Assembly (NCBI GenBank): GCA_003614675.1
Contig: ML002254.1
Span: forward strand, 1-57,043
From: Dimargaris cristalligena
Taxonomy: Eukaryota
DNA: 57,043 nucleotides
Direction: 5' to 3'
Positions 12,030 to 25,493 of this stretch are shown in pieces. A program made the position numbers and the translations under genes. The stretch's first letter is position 1; each line of letters begins with the position of its first letter. A model generated the notes under the pieces. The model did not search any database. It was not told the origin of the DNA and worked only from the letters and a program-made list of their open reading frames with translations.

Positions 12030-14366
12030 GTTTCGTCGCTCTAGGCTACGGGGAAAAACAATCAAAAACAAGCAAAGGTGGGAAAAGATTTACCGCGGGC
12101 GGTGATTGGCTCAGATGGGTCACTGTGGGGCGGCCGACTGTACCCTGCCGGTGGCCCAGATCAAGGTTTCCCTAATGAAATCTCGATCGCTACCCCTTGG
12201 ATCCTCCTAAATAGGCCGCTTCCATGTGAATGTAATTATTCGTTCTCTCGCCTCCTTCTGCAATCACTGCCTATTTTTTTTTTCGTTTAGGGAATTCGTA
12301 CATGGCCATCCCACTTAGTTTATTTGGCAGTAGTGAGTGCTTAGCCACTGTTGACCACGTCCCCCCCTTAATTACACTGCCCCGAGTTAAGTTGGACTAG
12401 TAAAAAAGAGGGTACTCAACCATCGCCCACTTGCCACTGGGATCATGGCCACAACGGGCTTAATACCACACCACCACCCCATCTCCATTCGCCATATATT
12501 TCCTATTCTGGTCTCAGCTGAACATAACGTAGAGGGGGGGGTCGGTCAATTCTACTCCCCGCCGCGCATGGGCGTCGGGCTTGGAATGCCCTGAACTGAT
12601 CCTACCGTTAGGGGTGTTAATAGCCCCAAAGTTTCCTTTCATGGAATCTCGACCGCCAGAAGAAGGTGGTTTCGGACTGGGAGGGGGGGTGGGGCTTTTT
12701 TAGATTGCCTAAATTAGAATTAAGTGATCGGCCTGGGATCACAATATCTAGAAATTGACTATTGACATCCGGACTTTCGCCTCCCTCCCGAAAAAAAACC
12801 TCCCTCCGAAGAGCGATATCGACAGGTTGGGAGGAGCGGGAGTTGTAGCATCCATGAGGTTAATTTCCCTTGTATAGAGAGGGAGGAGATGACCATGGAA
12901 TTCATTACCTCAGCGGGGTCATCCCATTTTGGATTTGATACAGAAGGAGCTCTCTGAATATAAGTAGTTAAATGAATTTGGTCGCGGGATTCCACTTCAC
13001 ACACCTCCTTGTTTTCATGGCATGGTGCGAAGTGGCCAACATCCCCCCTCTCAAATAAATAAGCCTTTGGGGATGGTGTAGGCGGGAGCGAGATCCTGTT
13101 TTGAAGGAATACCCATTTCATGGCTCCTAGAACTGCTAAAGTGATCAAGGTAACAGCATCCTCGACATTGTCTATAATAGAAACCATAATCCCGACGAGG
13201 AGGAGGCGCGCGTGGGAGAGAGAGAGAGTTAAAGTAACCTTTAGCCTTGGATTAAGGATGTAAATATAGTAATAGGTGGGTAAAAGGACTGAAGAGTAGG
13301 ATCAGCAAGGAATGGGAATGTAGAATAGATAGGGTTGCTGTAATAGACCGGATATAATAGGGACATTAAAGAACCCAACGCCCACACACACATACACACA
13401 CACACACACTCGTATACGTTAGATAACCCATCCACCCCATTTAGCCAGGTCCAGGCCTCGCGTCACACTGGAGGCACACCCCGCAGGCCATTCCTTTTCC
13501 CCTCCTTTGATCTCCTATCCCCCTTTCCTATATAAACCCCCTAACCGCCCCGCCCATTGCCTTTGTGATTACTATTTTAACCTACTTTACCATCCAACTG
13601 CGTATGCGTGCTTGACCCCCCCCCCCTACCCTACCTCTCCTCCTCCCTCTGCTATAGTACTTTATTGCCTACCACCCTCCCCAAAAACTTCAAACTGCCA
13701 TTGATTTCGCTCTAATTATCTCCCGCGGCTTTCTGTTCCGGTATTTCCCGACTTTACCCTTCGTTCCTTTTGGACCATAGTTACCACCTCTTCTCCATCC
13801 CATTCTGCGGCTATTTACGCCCCAGCCCCGCCGATCTTATTTGTATTCCTTTCCAGGAAACTGCACGTCCCTGTGGATATATTGCTTGGCCTGAACCCTG
13901 AACCAAGCCCATTGACGCATTCCGACCGCCTCGGTCCCAACCCACCCCTCCGAACCCCCATCATTCCTCTGCATTCGCAGACCGTGAAAGGCGTGTATAC
14001 TATTATATGGGAATTGATAGACGAGGGTCTTTACGCATTCGGTCCCCTAGGCTATAACCTCTTCGCTATCCGGCCTTGTCGGAGTTACAGTCTATCAAGT
14101 ATCGGGGTGTTAAGCCACGCTTTATAGACGAATCCGTTATTTAGCAACCTCTCTGCTCTATCCACCACTAGGTTTTCTGGCCAATTCTACTTTACGTATC
14201 AATCAATACCATTCCTATTTAATTACCACAGCTTCCCCTTGGTCCTTAAGGTTACCATAGACACTGCGTATTTTATATATTTCTTACCAATTACTCTTAG
14301 AGCGCTGTTTATTTGGCTGACTCTCGCGAGCCCCCTTTACATAAGCAATCCTCTCCCCTTGATTCC

Positions 14367-15544
14367 ATGCTCCACTCACCAGAAGAGCGGGCCACAAAGG
14401 CTCAGCTTCTTGTTCAATTCCAAACCCAGCAACTCACTCGTCTCCGGTGTTACGTAGTACTAGAAAGGTAAGGAGTAGTGGTTATTTATTTCCCAGTCTA
14501 TTTGAATGTCGGAGGTGGAATTACCTGTTATTGGCAACCCCTATTGATTCATTATCGCATCATCCGGGATGTCGGGTGACCTCATTCTCGGGCCCTCCTA
14601 TTCCATCAGCCTTTTTAGATTACAGAATGGGAATGTGTAGTAGGTAGGGTGGGATTTAGCCAACATTGGGACAATTTCCACTTTCACTTCCACCTCCCTG
14701 ATTCTTTTGCGTAGAGCCATGTGATAAGGCCTTTTTAGGGAAGCCATCTTCCCCCCTTGTTAGCCACTCTCACACCAAGAGTGGATTGCATAGATTGCTA
14801 CCCATAGAGCTGTAAACATGGAAGGAGGAGGAGGACAGACGGAAGCAGGCATAGTCTGTGCTTGCAGTGTGGCATATCATGCCTGACAGGGTTACCCTGT
14901 TATTCAACTACACCTCCCCCATCATTTGTCCCCGAATATTTAATAAATCTGGTGGCCATCGGGCACGTCCATCTAGCCCTTCGATCTGTGACATCATACC
15001 GGCTCCCTGTGTGATCTAGATCTATACCCTTTCATCTCCATCTGACCTCTTCCCTCCTACCATCTCCCTTTCTTCCCATTATATCTATCTATCTATATAT
15101 CTATATACTCATTCCAAAAATCCAATAATATATATATATATCAATTCACCTACCTCCAGCAAATTCAAAGATTACCTAGCCGGGGTTTGCGTAAGCGACG
15201 AGTTCTACCGCTTCTGCGTACAATCCACCGCCGAAAAATACACCACCGTCACACGGAACATCGATTTCATTGTCGACAATCTAATCAACCTCTTCGGCGA
15301 GGAAACCCATTTCGTGCGCAATGCCCGGCAGGTCCAGTCGCTCGAGCAGCTTCGCTGGTCCAAAACGTTGGGAATGTACATCCACCGGCTGCGCCTCAAT
15401 TACGAAGATCCCGGAACCCTAATGCTCGAATACTTCGAGGATGTCGATGACGAGTGTGATGATTTGGCCGAGCGGGTCAATGCATTACTCGAAGCAATTC
15501 AAACGGATATTGATAGTATAGTCGATGGCTATAATTCTTCCTAG
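14367..15544 (+). CDS. REX1-B (required for excision 1-B) domain protein, 161 aa, two exons
   Basis: Exons 14367-14467 (donor GTAAGG) and 15160-15544 (acceptor CCAG) join in frame: MLHSPEERATKAQLLVQFQTQQLTRLRCYVVLESKFKDYLAG...FYRFCVQSTAEKYTTVTRNI...RQVQSLEQLRWSKT...LAERVNALLEAIQTDI. The helical pattern resembles the DNA-repair REX1-B family. Confidence 0.6.
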
Positions 15545-16299
15545 ACTCACCAGTCTAGTTTTTTACATATAATCTTCGGTTTCTATTTTATTTTGTTTTT
15601 TACTGTGTTGGTCCTATTGATATAGATGTTCTTTAGGCACCCTATTCATCGTTCGCCAATTTCCCCTCTTTTGCTCGCTGTTTTCGTCTAGTCCGGTTTC
15701 CCCGGCGCTCTGATCCATTCTCTTATGAGTGCATCTCCGTTCCTTCCTCTCTAACACCCTCCCCTCCCACCTGTGTATCCCCCTCCCCCCTCTATTGCTG
15801 CTGTCCTACAATCCATCTCATCTATCGTCCTGTCTCCTCCGTATTCTACCCGAACTTTCCGATCCCCAAATATCCATTTATCGTACTGTCCCCCTTCGTC
15901 ACCTATTATTTATTTGTCCATGTGGACTGACTGCATCTTTCGCGTATAAATTTACGTCGATCGAACATGATTCGTAAACGAGATTACTCGTATTATTCCC
16001 TTTGTCTAAGTATACCCTTCCTAATAAAAATGCCCGAACCCCACTCGGTTCTTTTCATTATATATATATATGCTTAACGTATGACATGCCGTCGTTTCCC
16101 CACTACCCCTAAAAAGGCACCCACCCATTAATAAGGGCCCCCGTACAATGCCGTCATTTCTTAGCCAAACCAAACGGGCCCATGCATAAAAACGGTCGTT
16201 TTATTTTAATAAGCAACATAAGGTAATCAACATTTCCGACCAGTAGTCAAATCTATATCTATATCTATATCTATATATGTATCACATCACCAAACCTAA

Positions 16300-17205
16300 C
16301 TAGTAGCTCATGGTCTGGGAGACGGACTTGGTTTCCGATGACATCGTAGGTACAGGTCCCAGGGGCACCATGGCCAGTTTAAATTTGGTGCGGATTTTGT
16401 CCATAGTTTGGATAAAGTCCGTTTCCCGGTCATTGGTGGTGGGAAACTGTTCAATTAAAGCCAGCACATCTTTCAAATGACGTATCACGCGCAGGGGATT
16501 CTTGACTGTCGTCATCACGGCAGCCGGGGTGTTACTGGTGCTATTGCTACGGATGGGTGACGACATCGTTGATATTGTCGTCGTCGTCGTCATCGTGGTG
16601 GTTGTTGTCGCTGGGGTGGGTTTCCTGGGAGGTGATGGGGGCACCGGGGGAGTGGTGGTGCCGGTGGGGTGGTGGGGGAGTTGACTATTAAGTATTTCTA
16701 GCCAGTATTCGGCGATACCGTAGTAGAATCCCAGTTCACGTCCCATTTCGAAGGATTTGGTGGCTCCGAATACTTGGCCATCTAGTCGGCCCGCTCGGAT
16801 GCCATCACGAACCCCATCTTCATAGCCCAAATTATGGAACCTGCCGAGTGTGTGTGTGTGTGGTGGGGGAGGGGATAGAAGATTCCAGTTGAAAAATACA
16901 GTTCACAAAATTAATAGCATGCGTACATGGTTTTAATATGCCCAAATCATGAGATTTTTTGTTAACCCGTGACCTCATCAACATATACCAGGTACGCTGC
17001 CTAGTATTAATTGACCAAATGTAATTTAATGCGGGAAAGTAACTCTATTCAAGGGGTATGGGCCTTGGCAACAGGACCTTTGGCCAATCGCTGACCTATG
17101 TTATATATAGTTTAGCACAACTGACATTTCCTCCAGGTACACGAGGTCTTGTAAGTCGGCCGGTGGTGTAGGTGCCGACGGGTCGGATGGGTTGGTATTA
17201 GACAT
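16300..17205 (-). CDS. LTO1: Lto1/ORAOV1, Yae1-N (deca-GX3) family protein involved in Fe-S maturation of ABCE1/Rli1
   Basis: Exons 17205-17126 (donor GTCAGT) and 16840-16300 give LVYLEEMFHNLGYEDGVRDGIRAGRLDGQVFGATKSFEMGRELGFYYG (GxxxG repeats) and C-terminal LIEQFPTTND...MDKIRTKFK. Confidence 0.85.
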
Positions 17206-17788
17206 GGCGCCGATAGTCAGAAGTAGAGAGTTCGTACGATTTAGGGACTTTGCAACAATATATATATATATTTTAAAAAAAAAAGGCTACAGAAGGTCAG
17301 AGTGGTACAGTCAAGTCAATGAGGAGGCAAATCGAATAAATGCAGTCTAATAAAGGCCAAGAAGCTAACATGCGTGAAAGAATGGCAAAAACAATATATA
17401 TGCAGCGAAAGGGCGGTGCCTAGTAGTTAGTCAGCCAACTGGGGCGATGCAACTGGGACTTGGAAAAGCTGGCACCTGAGCCAATCGACCAGGTGGGATT
17501 TGGAAGCAAAGTCATTGGACTCAGCATCGAGTGCTCTCTTTCACTCATTGGGCCTCCGATTTGTTTCCGCTTTTGGCGAAGTTACATTTCCGTTGCGTTA
17601 TACCCGTTTCCTTTTACTCATCGCAGTCTATATTCTCATTCTTTTTTTTGGTTGCAGGCATCATCCGCCAGTTAACGTTTGCCTAAATTGTATTGAATCT
17701 CAGCGACCTGAACTTGACTTTTAGCCGTCCCACATTGCGGCCAATTCTCCCTTCATTGCCACAACTGTGCTCTAGCTAAACCCTAAGC

Positions 17789-18739
17789 ATGTCATCACCC
17801 CGGCGGAGTTCCAGTGTGGTCTCCGCTAATATGGTACCGGAGACCAAAACGCCCAAGTACGAAATATACGGCTTCGTAATCCATATCATATCCTACCTAT
17901 TTTTCGGTAAGTGGCGAAGTGCGATATATACTCCTCCCTTCCACCGCTTTATTATATATTCTGCACCTTGGACTGATGGCTACTAACTCCTAATTTGTTC
18001 TTACTGATGGATGGCCTCGCATAATCCATTGATTGATATATACTCATTGGGCACCACACCACCTAGCCATCTACCTCTGCTGGGCATATATACCTGATAC
18101 TATCCTACATAGTATTGGGATCAGTTATTATCCCATTCGGTATGTTGAACATGTAGTACACATTCCCTTTTTTCCATAATGATTGATGGCGATTAAACTG
18201 GACCAAGTCGTTGCTATATCCGCTCATCTAACCGAACGCCATATTCTGCATCCCCATTTTCTATATTATGCGTACCCCTCTCCTGAACACGTCTTATTCT
18301 GGCCAATTTCTAGCTATTGGGCCTTGGCGATACCCGCTTGGCTTGTGATGTTTGTAGCCTTCATCTACTTAATGTTCTTTGCCCATAATCTGGTCAACAC
18401 CCCACCGCTCAACTCCTATGCTACCCTTACCGGTAAGTATAGCTAGTCAGTCTTCAATTCGATTAGTGTCCCACCAATACCCGAGATTTATTTGTACCCC
18501 GAATACATTGCTTATCCACCCTCTCTGGCACAATCATATAGTTAGAAAATGCGATCGTCGTTGGAGCCTCACATTCTAAATATCATTTATTTGGAGCTAT
18601 ACTATTGTATTTAAACGAATCCACAGACGAGCACGCGCTCTATTTAACTGAAATCTCGGACCGTTACTTGGACCCGGACTCCATTCCAGAGATTCGGGAT
18701 ATCCCCATTAGCGAGGTGAATCGCTATGTCTATCAGTGA
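17789..18739 (+). CDS. PIGP: GPI-GlcNAc transferase subunit P (PIG-P/Gpi19), four exons
   Basis: Exons 17789-17906, 18067-18139, 18314-18432 and 18627-18739 splice in frame: EIYGFV...YLCWAYIPDTILHSIGISYYPIRYWALAIPAW...NTPPLNSYATLTDEHA...IPEIRDIPISEVNRYVY. Confidence 0.92.
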
Positions 18740-19161
18740 TACCCGATTATTAAGGGATACCAAACCCAATTCGGACCATGCTGACTGGTTCCACCCTGTA
18801 ATTTTAAATTCCGATTTTTATCTATTTTTATCGAAATTGGCCATTTCCTGGTCTGAAAAAACAAGCCACGACGTCTTCGTTTATAAAATTAAGCACCATG
18901 TCATGCCAGCGTCCTAAAAGGGCTTCGCTGAAATAAGTTGAGGCAATGCATACATTAAAATGGGATCATATCCCAAGATTTGGGAATAGTGCATTATATT
19001 TCCCGGTTTCTTACTACTGACTTGATGGTAGTGGGATATCCGATTGCCTAAAATCGAAGTTGGAAGAAATGCACAGTCCCAACGGTCTTCTCTCCAATTG
19101 TTCTTTCTATTTTTGATTTATTCTTCCATTACCTTGCCCATTCGTATTAGACAACCACTAC

Positions 19162-21119
19162 ATGTCTACACTACCCCTACCACCTGATTTCCAACTCCTC
19201 GAAAGTCTGCTTTTGCGGCCCAATGGGGGTGAGTCACCTACCCTGTTTCTCTCCCCGAAGCGAAACTTTTGACATGCAACCTATGCGATTCACTATCCGG
19301 TCAATAGACCCAGGTTTAACCCACCCATGCCGGCTTAAATGAGCCCCAGCCCATTCGCATGTCCGTCGACTCATCCCCAACGTTAGGAATGGGCTGGTAA
19401 AGAATAAATCTTCCGCTACTCATCCCACTTCCATCCAACCATCTGACTCTTCCACTCACTTAATATTATTATGTACTGTCCCCTTCGCCAAGACTACTGG
19501 CTTCTACAACGCCATATTAAGCGACTGGTGGCCTCGGCTGCTCAATTTAAGCGTCTCTATGGGGGCGGTTACTTTAACACTTTCCCCACTTTGGAAGAGT
19601 TGGAAGCCCGGCTAAATGCTTTCAGTGCTGATATACTTGCCCAGCAATCATTAGGCCCAATTATACCAGTATTGGGATGGAAGGTAGGTGGCCTATTTTT
19701 TTCCTATTTAAGAAACAAAACTAAACAAAAAAACATGAATGAATTATTTCATACCAGTCTAGAGTAGAACCTGGTTACGAGCACCTATATCCAATTTCCG
19801 GACAATCAGATCCCTCTGGTACGATCCACATAAATCTAATTCTAGCGTTGCTAATTTATTTACGATACCGGACATTATGGTGATCAGACTCGACTTCTAG
19901 TGAATCACCACGGGGAAGTAAGCCTCGAGTCAGCTCCACTCAACCGCCTGAAGTGTGATGAAGGTAGGTTGCACTACTTCGAAATAATTTACAGCATAGC
20001 TGGCCCAGTTAAATCAGGCCCCTAGAATTATATTATCATTGTCCTGAGCCGAGCCGGCTTAAATTTTAGAATCAACCAAATCATTGTAACATTAATTTGG
20101 GTTTTTAATGTGCCACCGATCATAACATTGCTATATATTCCCACCATTGAATCACATAGGTCCCTTGAAAGTTAGCATTGATTCCGTACCTGTCAACAGC
20201 CAGGATATTTTCCTGAGACACAAAACCACGCATCGTCCGGCGTACCAGGCAGCCTGGCAAAGACAAGGTAAGTCATTGGTACTTGCCAAAAAGAACGGAC
20301 ACTTTGATGATTAATGATATTATAAGTTCACCAACGTTTGGTATGATGTCTGGGCATCTTTCATACGAAAATCTAATTACATGCAGTACACCGCTAGTTT
20401 GTTACTGAATTCAGGTCTGCCACGCTCGGATTACTTCGATGTGCTTCTGGTCAATGAGGAAGGGGATATAACTGAAGGCTGTATTTCCAATTGTGCATTA
20501 GAATGTCGCGACTCCGACGGGCAGGTTTATTGGAAGACACCACCCGTTGAATCAGGTTAGTTTATATACAGACATTACCCTAGGACATAGCACCTGGAGC
20601 GAAAATCGGAGTGTTTGAATTGCTATGGTCCCATACAAAAATCCGTACTGAGACTCGCCCTATTATCCCTTATTTATTAACCTAATTTGTATTCAAATAC
20701 CCGACCTATACGACCTTGGAACCCTAGGGTTATTAGTTGGCTGTTTACGGGATGATTTACTGGACCGAAAAAAGTTGGTCGTTGGTCGAATCTCCGTATC
20801 TGAGCTGAAGGACTCGGTGAAAGTAAGATTCCAGACTTGACTGTCTATATACATATATATATATATATATATATACAACCGCCCTCTCTTGAAAGGGACT
20901 AGGATTGATCTGTCCACAGCCGACACTGTATTCAGACAATATACCTAATTTTGGATGCTTTTTAATTTACCAACTAACCAATGAATATCATCATCCTCAC
21001 CCTTACGTATACCCGCCTTAATTAATACTGTACAAAACACACACAAAAAATAGAGAGGCGCCCGACTTAAGTGCTTCAATTCAGTTCGGGGTGAAGTAGA
21101 AGTTCAGTTAATCGGCTAA
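19162..21119 (+). CDS. ABZ2: Class IV PLP-dependent enzyme, probable 4-amino-4-deoxychorismate lyase (Abz2-like), seven exons
   Basis: Spliced translation contains FQLLESL, WLLQRHIKRL, TRLLV, FLRHKTTHRPAY (PLP lysine), FDVLLVNEEGDITEGCISN, WKTPPVESGLLVGCLRDDLL and CFNSVRG. All introns are GT-AG. Confidence 0.85.
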
Positions 21120-21395
21120 CTGGGTATTGGTCTGGATTGAATTGTCCTTATGTACAGTCATCGGTGGACACTCCCCTCCCATTTACTTACCAATACATGT
21201 CTAATTCTTGCAGCATTTGAACACATAATTGCGGCTGATTGAACTAGTTCACTCATTAAATGCTAAAATTTGGCATTTTGAAATGCAACCCCGGCAACTA
21301 ACGACAACAGAGGTTCCCATATTAGCTGACCGTATACCATCGCCCAGTAGGTTCGATAAGTGACATGTACATCCGTTTTAAAATAAAAATTTGGT

Positions 21396-22239
21396 TTATA
21401 TTTTATTACTGATCGGTGCTGTCGTGTCGGGAATAGTACCTGTGGGGTCACGTTTTTGAACAGTGTAGCGATCGGGTATCATGAGAGGGCTCGGTGATGG
21501 GGGGGCTTTGATTGGGAAGATTTTGAGCTTGAACTTTTCTTCGGTCGTTCGCGGCAGGAGTTGGGCCTACGGATATATATGTCATTGCGACATGCCGAAC
21601 ACATTGGGGTCAAATATAAAAGTAAATTGCGGTAAAGAATGGGTTAGATCTATGGTTTAATGGTATAATATACTCTTTCACACCGATCAGCTTAAGTTGC
21701 AATATCAACGCAGCTATGTCACTTGCCATGAGCGATTAAATACTGTACACTTCCTTAGAAAGTAGGGCCTCTTAAATGGGAAGGAAACCTTGTCCGTAAA
21801 AACAAAAGAAAACGACTACTAAAATTACAAGCGGATCCAATTCCACCATTGTGATATACTATAGAATCTGCTCGGGGGGAATAGGGTCGGATAAATGATG
21901 CATTTAAGGGGCCAAATATCGAGTAAGGCTAGTGTGTAATCCAAGTTTAGTGATGATAAAAAAAATAATTAACACAAGACCTACCTTTTCGAGGACTTCA
22001 CGCGCACCGTTACTGGGAATGGCCCCTTCGGCAATCCAATGCTTAGCGCGCTCGATGTTGAGATCCAGTTGCATATAGCCGTCCTGGTCGCGCAGAATAC
22101 AGTATTTGCCTATGTATTCGGTCACCGGTACCCGGCGACGGGTAGGGCCCCGTGCAACAAAGATGTCGAACATGGGCTTGATTTTGGTGCCGCAGGTCTT
22201 CATGCGAATTCGCATGGCCTTGGCTATGACGTTGCTCAT
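21396..22239 (-). CDS. MRPS16: Mitochondrial ribosomal protein bS16m-like, divergent, two exons
   Basis: Exon 22239-21985 (MRIRM..GTKIKPMFDIFVA...EYIGKY...LDLNIERAKHWIAEGAIPS..AREVLEK) is spliced via GTAGGT...GTAG to 21566-21396 (AQLLP...). Motif spacing matches bS16. Confidence 0.75.
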
Positions 22240-25200
22240 GGTAATGTAGGCGTTAGTGAGAGTGTCAAAAAAATAAAGGGGGGGGAGACAATGCAGTCAA
22301 GAAGGGCGAATCCTAGAAAAGTACGTAATGAAAAGTAAAAACTATTATTTAAATATATATAGGAGATAGGATAAACCAGAGGGATTGGTGCAGGTAAAAA
22401 GTCAGGCGAATGGAAGCGAAGCAACGAATTGGCTTGGTCGAAAGCTAGCCAGTTTACTGCGCCTTTTTAATTTCCCATTCCTTGAGGCCACACTATAACC
22501 AAATAAATTTGACTGTTATAGTTTCCCGTCGTGGATTAGGAAAAATAATATACCACGATGGGGGGGGACTGCATAGGCGGAATAGAATAGTGCGATTGCA
22601 AAGGTGAAATGTTATTCACTAAGCTATAATGTCCAGGATCATTATTAAACCCAGGCACGCCATGCTGTGGTTTAACTAGATTGGAAATAGTGGAAGAGTT
22701 CAATTAAACAGGTTATCCGCAGAGTACACTAATGGTATTTAATGTTGGCTGCAAATAATTCAATTTCCCGTATAACCTACCTTACCCCCCCTCTCTCCTT
22801 ACTAATGGATATTTATTGCATTGCTAACAGGGAGTGACGATAATCGGATTCATCAGCAGATGTCCACTTCGCTTAGGCATCCGAACATTTATCGGCCAGA
22901 TTGTCCGAAGCTATTATTATTATTATTTTACGTATTGACACGGGATAGCGATTTTCCCCGACTCTATAAAGGCCACACTGCGGAGACTTCCCAACTCGTC
23001 GCTTCGGACACGACCGGAATGTTCCCCCACTCACTGTACGATATTTGAAAATAAGGGACGGCTCCTGTAGACTATACCCTTGACTGGGGCAATCAAGGAA
23101 ACACGGGGAATTGCCTAGTTTGGGGCGGGGGTGATCAAAGAAGGGGAGGCGGTATACCCCATTAGAGGCGGAGTTTCGGTCAGCCAGTCAGTCAGGGGTG
23201 AATCTGCAGGTAACCCCAACTAACACGTAATGGGCGGAGGGTGAAAGGCATGGGGTGAGGATGAGGATGAGGAAGAGGCGACGGGTGCTAATCTCGTCAT
23301 TGGTATATCGAATCGGATAACTAGCGGATTCGTCCATGCCACGCATCTGTCTACCTATTCTCCCGTGTACCAGCACATTCGCTGCCCCTCCCACCGTGTT
23401 GCCATGTCATTTCCCTCATGTTGTATAGCACCTCGAATTTAACTCATATCAATAACTGTGTATATATAGATCTAGATGGACTTGATACTGGATGGGGCTA
23501 TCCCAATAATAGTACTATAAACTGTGCATTATCACATGTGGGACAGCCGGGGATGCAAGTGCAGTACTATAGTATAGCAATTCCCTAGCAGAAGGAGAGG
23601 CAATGGATATGGGAGAGACCCAGTTTGATTTGTATATGGCTTTTTCTAATATTATGTCTTCCCATCTAATTGATTGATGATATTCGTAGGGTACGAATCC
23701 CTGTGCATTAAAACCCTGTGACCCGTTTCATTGCACCTTCCACTTTCAGCGACCCGGGCGGGTCAGAGAATAGCCGCCGGGCCTGACTGCGTTATTGCGG
23801 CCATCAATACAGAGGCATAGGCCGAGGGACACACACGCCAGGGTCCGCCTAACCGATATTTAAATGAAGAATAAAAGCTACTCATGGCTATATTAAACTC
23901 AGTGAATATACCCCCCCCACCCTCACACACACATACACACAAACACTGTCGAAGTTGGACGTTATAATGGATGTAGCTCGGAGGAACGAAGGCCGTCGAG
24001 GCCTAATGAAAAGATTGATGAAATTTAGCCGTATTTCTCGCATCCTTACCCCCTTCTACACACCCCTTCCCCCGATATACATGTACATATACATACAAAC
24101 AGACATGGACATGGATGTGGACACAGACACACGCACCGCTTGCCTTCCTGTGGCATGCCTCTCCATGTTCCTCCGCCGACGCTTTGGCATTCAGTGGTTC
24201 ACGCATGTGCTCAGCTGGATTGATTAGAATTATCGACATTGACGTAGCTCGCTTATTCGTTCAATATAGCGGCCTCCTTAAGGGAGTGCTCAAAGAAGGC
24301 GGGGAGAGCCAAAGCGGGTACAATGACTGTTCGTTGTTCGAATGGCCCAACTCCGGCATAGGAACAAAGCTAGTTAAGGGCTGTCTCGTCTCTCGTTTTC
24401 CCGCCCCCAGTCTCTTCTAGACTTTCCGACAACGGGATTTAACCGAACTGATTTGCTAAACCCTTTGTTTAATGACGGAGACGCCGTGTCGGCTACTAAT
24501 GGCTATGCACTCCTCCCTCTTTCTCTCTCCCTCATTCTATTACATTACCATTCCTAAACCAGGGTCACCAGGTGGGACAGGTCTCCGACCAGCGGATTCG
24601 CTGCTGGATTATGCAAGTTAACCAGTTATCCTTGCATATTTCACCGCCTGGGTCAACTGCTTAACTTCTACGAGCGGGGGGCTGTGGAAATCCGACCGTT
24701 TTGTACAGTTTTGTTGCCAAATAGTAGATTAAAAATAGAGGGGGGTTTCAATCAAGTCCGACTCGGCGGACTTGAGCCAAAAATCGAAAGGAAAAAGAGG
24801 GAGAAAGAGAGAAAAAGAAGAGAATGAACTAGGTCGGGGAATAGTTATGTAGTGCCGGAGCAATTCTAGACCATGGCAGTGTACTTTGGTGCCGCCCCTT
24901 CCATCCACACCGACCCACCCTCACTGGCCGATACGTGGCGGTCCGGCGTTGTGCCAGGTCGTTTAGACTCCGATGGATAGTTTGGCCAAGAAGGGTCCTC
25001 GTAACCTTTTTACGCCTCCCTCCTCCACCCGTCGCATCGCAGTCTCCTCCTAGTTTGGCTTACCCCTGAACCCTCCTCCTCCTCCTCCTCAAACGCGGGT
25101 CCCATGGCGGATTTCCGCCTATTTTATTTTTATTACTGCACATGGTGTGTCCACTCCTGGTTAATTTTAATGCTGATATGTAGGGCGGAGAAGTCAGCGC

Positions 25201-25258
25201 AGTCGCCGTCGTTTATTTTTCCCTAATAAATGACTTATGGCATTCTTAGGTGAGTGGC

Positions 25259-25268
25259 CTATAAAAGG
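25259..25268 (+). promoter_or_regulatory. TATA box upstream of the P450
   Basis: CTATAAAAGG about 230 bp before the ATG at 25494. Confidence 0.45.
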
Positions 25269-25493
25269 TGAGAGCGAGAACCGCCGGAATTCTGCAACCA
25301 GTCTTGTGGATTCGGCTATTCTACTGCCGCATGCGACTATAGATACCTATTCTCTTCATTTATTGCCCCCCTCTCGTTGAACTGTTTCACCGCCGCTCTC
25401 GGCCCCTTCGGTTATCCATTTCATCTGGAATTCTGCTTCACCATCACCACACCACCACGGCCATTCCCCTCGCCGTCTATCTTCCCGGTCATC

